Source of the DNA: an uncultured Chloroflexia bacterium
GTDB taxonomy: Bacteria > Chloroflexota > Anaerolineae > JAAYZQ01
Direction: 5' to 3'
NCBI GenBank assembly: GCA_963700285.1
Contig: CAVOXA010000001.1
Coordinates: forward strand, 832,001 to 896,000
Length of the DNA stretch: 64,000 nucleotides
This document shows positions 58,515-64,000 of this stretch, in pieces (the first letter of the stretch is position 1; each line of letters starts with the position of its first letter). The translations under genes and the position numbers were made by a program. The notes beneath the pieces are model-generated. The model saw nothing but the letters and a program-made list of their open reading frames with translations, was not told the DNA's origin and searched no databases.

Positions 58515-59159
58515 ATGTCCTCTCCCGATAGCGCCGATTCAAGAACACAGCGCCAGCAGGCCTGGTTGCTGGCCAGGGCTAGACTGGGGCCCCGGTTGCT
58601 CATCCAAGCTCCTCCTTGGGTTCGTGGCGTCTTTGACCATGCTTGGGCGCCCATGAAGGCCCTGGCGCGGGAGACTTGCTGCCTACCAGCGTACTTGTGT
58701 GAATGCCTGCTGAGATTTGATTCCGGCCATATCGTGATCCATGCTGCTGGTTCCTACTATGCTCCAGGCCCGGCAGTCATACGTCAGCGGCGTGTACAGA
58801 ATGTGGCCTTTGTGTCGGTCGAGGACCTGGCCAGGGACAATGAGCGACCGCTACACGTCATTGGCCACCTCATCGACCATCACCTCGGATGTGCCGGCGA
58901 GCTGGAATCAGCCTGGCTCACGGATGGGGCCGGCCTGAACCCTCAGTTGCAGGCAGCTGGGGCTCGTCTGCCCCGCCTGTTTGCCCTCGGCTACGGGGCG
59001 GACAAAGTCGCGAGTTCTGGCGTTCGCGATTATTTCGCCCAATCATTGGCCTTCTACTGCCGAGATCGGCGACAGCTGAACGTGGACGACCCACAGATCT
59101 ACAAATGGTTTCGCAGCACTCTGTGGAATGACGCATTCTGGCAGGGGCAGACACAATAG
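58515..59159 (+). CDS. Hypothetical protein resembling a zincin (ATLF/MtfA-like) domain with degenerate active site
   Basis: LHVIGHLIDH in place of HExxH; RDYFAQSLAFY...L...DPQIYKWF resembles EYFAE...Y...L....P..Y.F. Confidence 0.55.
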   Translation: MSSPDSADSRTQRQQAWLLARARLGPRLLIQAPPWVRGVFDHAWAPMKALARETCCLPAYLCECLLRFDSGHIVIHAAGSYYAPGPAVIRQRRVQNVAFVSVEDLARDNERPLHVIGHLIDHHLGCAGELESAWLTDGAGLNPQLQAAGARLPRLFALGYGADKVASSGVRDYFAQSLAFYCRDRRQLNVDDPQIYKWFRSTLWNDAFWQGQTQ

Positions 59160-59168
59160 GGAGGGATC

Positions 59169-60278
59169 ATGTACAGTCAGCGATTGGCCTCGTTGCAGCA
59201 ATCTCAGGCGGCAAATAGGGTGGCATGTGTAGCCTTGATTCCGGGTGCCAACCTGCGTTATTTCACGGGCCTCACCACACACCTTAGCGAGCGGCCTTTT
59301 GTAGTCTTTCTGCCGGCCGAGGGGGCTCCGGCTGTGCTGCTTCCAGAGTTAGAGGCCACAGCGGCGCGGGCCCGTCTGCCTGAGGATACCCGGTTGTGGA
59401 CCTACCGTGACGAGGAAGGTCACGAGCACGTCTTCTACCAGGTTGCCGAGGAACTGGGCTTGGAGGGTAAGGCCCTCGGCGTTGAGTACTTGTCTATGCG
59501 CATGCTTGAGATGCGCCGCATTGAACAGGCAGCACCTGGCTGTGTATTCTTGGCCACCGAACCCTGGATGCCCAATCTGCGCATGGCCAAAGACGAGACC
59601 GAGATCGCTCACATGCGCCATGCGGTCAGAATCGCCGAGCAGGCCATGCAACGCCTCCTCAATGAAGGTTCTATCCGGCCTGGTCGTACCGAATTGGAGG
59701 TTGCCTCTGACCTTCGTGTGGCCATGTTGCGTGAGGGGGGCCAGGGGGAGGCATTTCCCCCCATCGTCGTGAGCGGGCCGAACTCGGCGCTGCCTCATGC
59801 CAGTCCGTCGAATCGCGCGTTGTCCGAGGGCGATCTGGTGACCATTGACTGGGGCGCCGTCTACGAAGGCTACTGTTCAGACATTACTCGTACGTTTGTG
59901 TTGGGTGTGCCATCTCTGGAAATGGAGCGAATGCAGGAGGCAGTGCTGGCGGCGAATCAGGCGGGCCGGCTGGCAGTCCGCCCAGGGAGGCCAGCCCAGG
60001 AGGTAGACCGCGCTGCACGGCGCGCTATTACCCAGGCTGGCTATGGCGAGTTCTTTATCCACCGTACCGGCCACGGACTCGGGCTTGAAACTCACGAGCC
60101 GCCCTATATCGTCGAAGGGAATCTGGAACTGCTTCAGATCGGGATGACGCTCACTGTTGAGCCAGGCGTCTATGTTCCGACGGTGGGCGGCGTGCGTATC
60201 GAGGATGACGTTGTAGTCACTGAACGAGGGGTAGAAGTGCTCACTACGCTGCCCCGCGATCTGCTCTCGATCGGATAG
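59169..60278 (+). CDS. Xaa-Pro peptidase (M24B) with creatinase-like N-terminal domain
   Basis: NLRYFTG, LRMAKDETEI, ALPH, IDWG...GYCSDITRT, HRTGHGLGLETHEPP, VEPGVY, GVRIEDD. Confidence 0.93.
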   Translation: MYSQRLASLQQSQAANRVACVALIPGANLRYFTGLTTHLSERPFVVFLPAEGAPAVLLPELEATAARARLPEDTRLWTYRDEEGHEHVFYQVAEELGLEGKALGVEYLSMRMLEMRRIEQAAPGCVFLATEPWMPNLRMAKDETEIAHMRHAVRIAEQAMQRLLNEGSIRPGRTELEVASDLRVAMLREGGQGEAFPPIVVSGPNSALPHASPSNRALSEGDLVTIDWGAVYEGYCSDITRTFVLGVPSLEMERMQEAVLAANQAGRLAVRPGRPAQEVDRAARRAITQAGYGEFFIHRTGHGLGLETHEPPYIVEGNLELLQIGMTLTVEPGVYVPTVGGVRIEDDVVVTERGVEVLTTLPRDLLSIG

Positions 60279-60324
60279 TGGTGCGCCAGCGTACTGGCTC
60301 CACCGATATCTCCAGGCCAGACGT

Positions 60325-60545
60325 ATCAATCGGCGTTAATTGAGATCCTCCTGCCGCATTGTGGACCTCGGTAGCGCTAGTCCATAGCCGCCGAGGACTT
60401 GGGTGTTAGCCCGCCGGCAGTCACCTTTCAGATGTAGGCGTTGGAAAAGGAGCTGGGTGGCACCCTGCTGGATCGCTCCCCAAGGCATGTTGTGCCCACC
60501 GGCAGCGGGCGCCTTCTCGGCGAACATGCGCCCTGGTCCGTGACT
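60325..60545 (+). pseudogene. LysR-family regulator HTH remnant
   Basis: INRR*LRSSCRIVDLGS, then a frameshift to AAEDLGVSPPAVTFQM*ALEKELGGTLLDRSPRHVVPTGSGRLLGEHA; two in-frame stops, no effector domain. Confidence 0.75.
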
Positions 60546-60780
60546 CGACTGCCAACTGCTGCCGGGCACCTGCCGTCCCTCAGCGTCCGGTGACCATCTA
60601 GCCTGTTCTCTTTCAAAAGCTCGGAAGGACTGCCACTTGCCAGGAGCCTGCCTTTGTACTATAATTCGCAAGGATATGCATTTCTTTCCCATTGTGGACG
60701 CAAGCTCGGGCGGCGACGCAGAGCGTGGGCGAGACGAGGCGACCCGCGACACACAGCGAGCCGTGGTCTTGGAGTTGTGA

Positions 60781-61764
60781 ATGGCAATCAAGGGCAAGCG
60801 CATTCTCATCACTGGTGGTGCCGGCTTCATCGGGACTGCTGTATGCCGTCAGCTAGCCGATAATAACCGAATCGTGCTTTACGATAGCTTGCGGCGCAAT
60901 GCGCTCAAGGGCACTAGTCTGCTCGAACACCCGAATGTGCAACTGGTTGTGGGCGATGTGCTGGACCGTAGAAAACTCACAGAGGCTATAGAGGGGACCC
61001 AACTTGTTCTCCACATGGCCGCGGTTGCCGGTATTGATACAGTCGTCCGGAGCCCAATCCATACTATGCAGGTCAATATCCTGGGAACGGTCAATCTCCT
61101 TGATGCTCTGGAGCCAATACTGGATGATGTCGAACGCTTTGTCTTCTTCTCAACCAGCGAAGTCTTTGGCAGCTATGCCTACAAACGTCGGGAAAGCGAG
61201 ACGACGAACCTGCAACCGGTTGGAGAAGGGCGATGGACCTATTCCGTGAGCAAACTCGCTGCCGAGCACCTCGTACACAGCTACTATCGGGAGCGTGCTT
61301 TGCCCACCGTATTGGTGCGACCGTTCAACGTCTATGGCCCCGGACAGGTTGGTGAGGGGGCCGTTCACGTTTTTGTCAACCACGCTCTGCGCGGCGTTCC
61401 GCTAGAGATCCACGGGGATGGTGATCAGATCCGCTCGTGGTGTTACATAGATGACATGGTAGAGGGTGTCTTGCTCTGTCTGGAAGATGAGCAGGCCGTA
61501 GCAAATGTCTTCAACATTGGCAACCCAAGGGGTACCACTACCATTTTGAGCCTGGCAGAAAAGATCGTGGCTCTGGCTGACTCCCGCTCACCTATCGTCC
61601 ACATTCCCAAGCGCTACGTAGATATTGAATTGCGTATCCCTAGCATTCAACAAGCTCAGACGCTTTTGGGCTACCAACCACAGGTTGACCTGACCGAAGG
61701 GCTGCAGCGAACCATCGCCTGGTATCGCGCCCTCCTGCATGGTCAGGACGAGGCAGTGCCATGA
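60781..61764 (+). CDS. NAD-dependent sugar epimerase/dehydratase
   Basis: ITGGAGFIG, HMAAVAG, FSTSEVFG, YSVSK, RPFNVYGP. Confidence 0.9.
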   Translation: MAIKGKRILITGGAGFIGTAVCRQLADNNRIVLYDSLRRNALKGTSLLEHPNVQLVVGDVLDRRKLTEAIEGTQLVLHMAAVAGIDTVVRSPIHTMQVNILGTVNLLDALEPILDDVERFVFFSTSEVFGSYAYKRRESETTNLQPVGEGRWTYSVSKLAAEHLVHSYYRERALPTVLVRPFNVYGPGQVGEGAVHVFVNHALRGVPLEIHGDGDQIRSWCYIDDMVEGVLLCLEDEQAVANVFNIGNPRGTTTILSLAEKIVALADSRSPIVHIPKRYVDIELRIPSIQQAQTLLGYQPQVDLTEGLQRTIAWYRALLHGQDEAVP

Positions 61765-62861
61765 TCCGATTGGTTGTGCCTGAAATGGGCGATGACGAGT
61801 TTCAGGCAGTCCGGCATGTCCTGACCTCGGGCTACCTGGTGCAGGGTCAGAATGTGCAGCGCTTTGAAGACATGATTGCTGCATACCTGGATGTGGATCA
61901 CATCGTGGCAGTGTCATCGGGAACGGCCGCGCTGCACCTTGCATTGTTGGCCTTGGGCCTTGGTCCTGGTGATGAGGTCATTGTTCCTGATTTTACCTTT
62001 CCAGCCACTGCCAACGTGGTGGCCCAGGTCGGTGCGCGCCCGGTCCTGGCCGACATAAACCTGGATACTTTTAATGTGGACCCGACCCAGGTAGCGGCGC
62101 TCATAACCTCGCGAACGCGAGCCATCATGCCAGTACATCTCTTTGGCCTCTCGGCGGCGATGGACGAGATCAAAGTGCTTGCTGTCCAGCATGATCTGTG
62201 GCTGATCGAGGATGCAGCCTGCGCCTTGGGTGCCGACTACCATGGCCACAAGTGTGGGACCATGGGCGTGCTGGGCTGCTTCAGCCTACATCCGCGCAAA
62301 GCCATTACTACGGGTGAGGGTGGGCTCGTTGCTACCCGGGCTCTCGAACTGGCTCGCCAGTTGCGCAGCCTGCGCAATCACGGCATGGTGGTAGGACCCG
62401 AAGGGGCGCAATTCGTGGCATCCGGCCTTAACTACCGGATGACCGATTTTCAAGGAGCATTAGGCGCAGTCCAAATGGGCAGGCTGATACGCATTGTCGA
62501 GCGCCGGCGGGCGTTGGCAGCAGTCTATGACTCGGCTCTGGCAGACATGCCCTGGATTAAGCGACCGATTGAGCCACCTGGCAGCCGCCACATCTACCAG
62601 TCCTACGTGGTCCTTTTGGACGAGGGAGTGGAACGGTCTGAGATCATGACAGCCTTGCAGCGGGCGAGCATTGAGTGTACCATCGGCACGTACGCCTGCC
62701 ATGTCCAGCCATTCTTCCGCGATCGCTACGGTTATCAGCCAGGTGATCTACCCAATTCCTTTGATGCTTTCCGTAGAGCGCTTACCTTGCCTCTTCACGG
62801 GCGGATGTCAGAGCAAGATATCGGGGTCGTCGTACAGGCTCTTGGGCGAGCTGCCCCTTGA
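61761..62861 (+). CDS. DegT/DnrJ/EryC1/StrS sugar aminotransferase
   Basis: SSGTAALHLAL, PVHLFG, IEDAACA, FSLHPRKAITTGEGG (PLP Lys), NYRMTD. Confidence 0.93.
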   Translation: MIRLVVPEMGDDEFQAVRHVLTSGYLVQGQNVQRFEDMIAAYLDVDHIVAVSSGTAALHLALLALGLGPGDEVIVPDFTFPATANVVAQVGARPVLADINLDTFNVDPTQVAALITSRTRAIMPVHLFGLSAAMDEIKVLAVQHDLWLIEDAACALGADYHGHKCGTMGVLGCFSLHPRKAITTGEGGLVATRALELARQLRSLRNHGMVVGPEGAQFVASGLNYRMTDFQGALGAVQMGRLIRIVERRRALAAVYDSALADMPWIKRPIEPPGSRHIYQSYVVLLDEGVERSEIMTALQRASIECTIGTYACHVQPFFRDRYGYQPGDLPNSFDAFRRALTLPLHGRMSEQDIGVVVQALGRAAP

Positions 62862-64000
62862 GCCATAGCAAGGGCAACGGGCGTCTCTTGATCTTGGGCG
62901 CGGGTCCGACTCAGGAACCAGCCATCCGCCAGGCCCGTAAGATGGGCCTTGAGGTCATTGCTGTTGACAGCAATCCACAGGCTCCGGGGCTGTTGCTGGC
63001 AGACTATCCCCTCCCAATTAGCAGCTTGGACGTCCCGGCCATCTTGACGGCTGCTCGCCGATTGCATCCTGATGGCGTCATGACTATAGGGAGTGACCGG
63101 GCGGTCAGTTCTGCCGCTCAAGTTGCTCATGCCCTTGGGCTGCACGGACTAGATCCCAGCACCGCTGCCAGGGCGAATAGCAAGCTGCTGATGCGCCAGG
63201 CGTTTCGCGATTGGGGGGTGCCCGCCCCCGATTTTGTTGCCGCCAAAGATCTGCGCGCCGCAGAAAGTGCTGTCCGCCAGCTAGGACTGCCGGCAGTGAT
63301 CAAGCCCGTTGACAATGCGGCACAGCGAGGTGTGCGTCGAATTGAGAACGTAGACGACTTGCCTGTGGCGTTTGGCCAGGCCCAGCGTTTCTCCGGTACG
63401 GGTACGGTGCTCGTCGAGGAGTGTGTCGACGGCCCCGAGATCACGGTCAACTCCTTTTCATTGGATGGGTGTATGCTGCCTGTGCTAGTTGCCGACCGAC
63501 TGACCAATCCGCCGCCCTATTTTGGTATTGCGTTGGCTCACGTCTACCCCTCACAATGGGCGCAACCCTGGTGGGACCAAGTATTGGACGTAACCTCCAG
63601 GGGCCTGTCTGCTCTGGGTATTGACCAAGGACCGGGATATGCCCAGTTACGCATCGATCGCGATGGACCCAAGATCATGGAGATCGGCGCGCGGACAGGT
63701 GGGGGTCGCGAGACGGAGTTGATTGCGTTCCTGGGGGGGCCAGATTGGACAGCAGCCCAGATCAAGCTGGCGCTAGGTGAACCACTGGTCGCTACCGACG
63801 TGGTGTTGCCTGACTCCGCCAAGAAGCTGGCCGGGGTGGTTAAGTTCATCTTTGCCTCGCCGGGTGAGGCTGCTCGCGTGACAGGAGTAGACCGAGCTCA
63901 ACGGACCCTGGGAGTTGAACGAGTAGTCGTGCGAACAAAGCCTGGCGTACTGATTCCACCCATGACCAATGCCGAGGCTCGGCAGGGTTACCTGATCGCA
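62858..64000 (+). CDS. ATP-grasp domain protein (runs off window; absent from ORF track)
   Basis: TTG start overlapping the previous stop (TTGA); LLILGAG, VIAVDSNPQAPG, KLLMRQAF, PAVIKPVD...RGV, LVEE.VDGPEITV, IMEIGARTGG. Confidence 0.85.
   Translation, partial: MSHSKGNGRLLILGAGPTQEPAIRQARKMGLEVIAVDSNPQAPGLLLADYPLPISSLDVPAILTAARRLHPDGVMTIGSDRAVSSAAQVAHALGLHGLDPSTAARANSKLLMRQAFRDWGVPAPDFVAAKDLRAAESAVRQLGLPAVIKPVDNAAQRGVRRIENVDDLPVAFGQAQRFSGTGTVLVEECVDGPEITVNSFSLDGCMLPVLVADRLTNPPPYFGIALAHVYPSQWAQPWWDQVLDVTSRGLSALGIDQGPGYAQLRIDRDGPKIMEIGARTGGGRETELIAFLGGPDWTAAQIKLALGEPLVATDVVLPDSAKKLAGVVKFIFASPGEAARVTGVDRAQRTLGVERVVVRTKPGVLIPPMTNAEARQGYLIA

Noticed and set aside
60336-60830. 164-aa minus-strand ORF
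   Set aside because: Antisense shadow of the LysR remnant and the epimerase N-terminus.

Overview
High-GC bacterial window, most likely from a Chloroflexota (Anaerolineae-like) genome. This is inferred from the C-terminal FLPxxx tails on secreted proteins, a LuxR-TM-Kelch protein, a V4R protein and overall gene content; no search was run. 1-23.3 kb: surface-glycan locus with a Wzx flippase, 2 sulfotransferases, RfbF, an SDR epimerase, 3 sugar C-methyltransferase-like genes, an AlkP-superfamily enzyme and a GT-C membrane protein, interleaved with large LamG/beta-helix/PKD surface proteins. Two of these proteins lack signal peptides but share a short N-terminal module that I do not recognise. 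23.5-29.2 kb: amino-acid oxidase/cyclodeaminase pair, GlcD/GlcF-like dehydrogenase and a zinc-ribbon gene with a structured leader. 29.5-30.5 kb: decayed IS-like element with terminal inverted repeats. 30.9-38.3 kb: radical SAM gene, a bacterial microcompartment operon (PduS-like, PduT-like, 2x EutN/CcmL, class II aldolase), rmlA, a 30-aa bS22-like ORF missed by the ORF track, and rmlB. 38-64 kb: mixed housekeeping and regulatory genes, a candidate anti-Shine-Dalgarno sRNA, tRNA-Sec, two pseudogene remnants and the start of a second sugar-modification cluster. 27.4-36.2 kb is dense in single-base frameshifts, probably uncorrected long-read errors, so gene boundaries there are reconstructed. 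All product calls come from motif recognition by eye.
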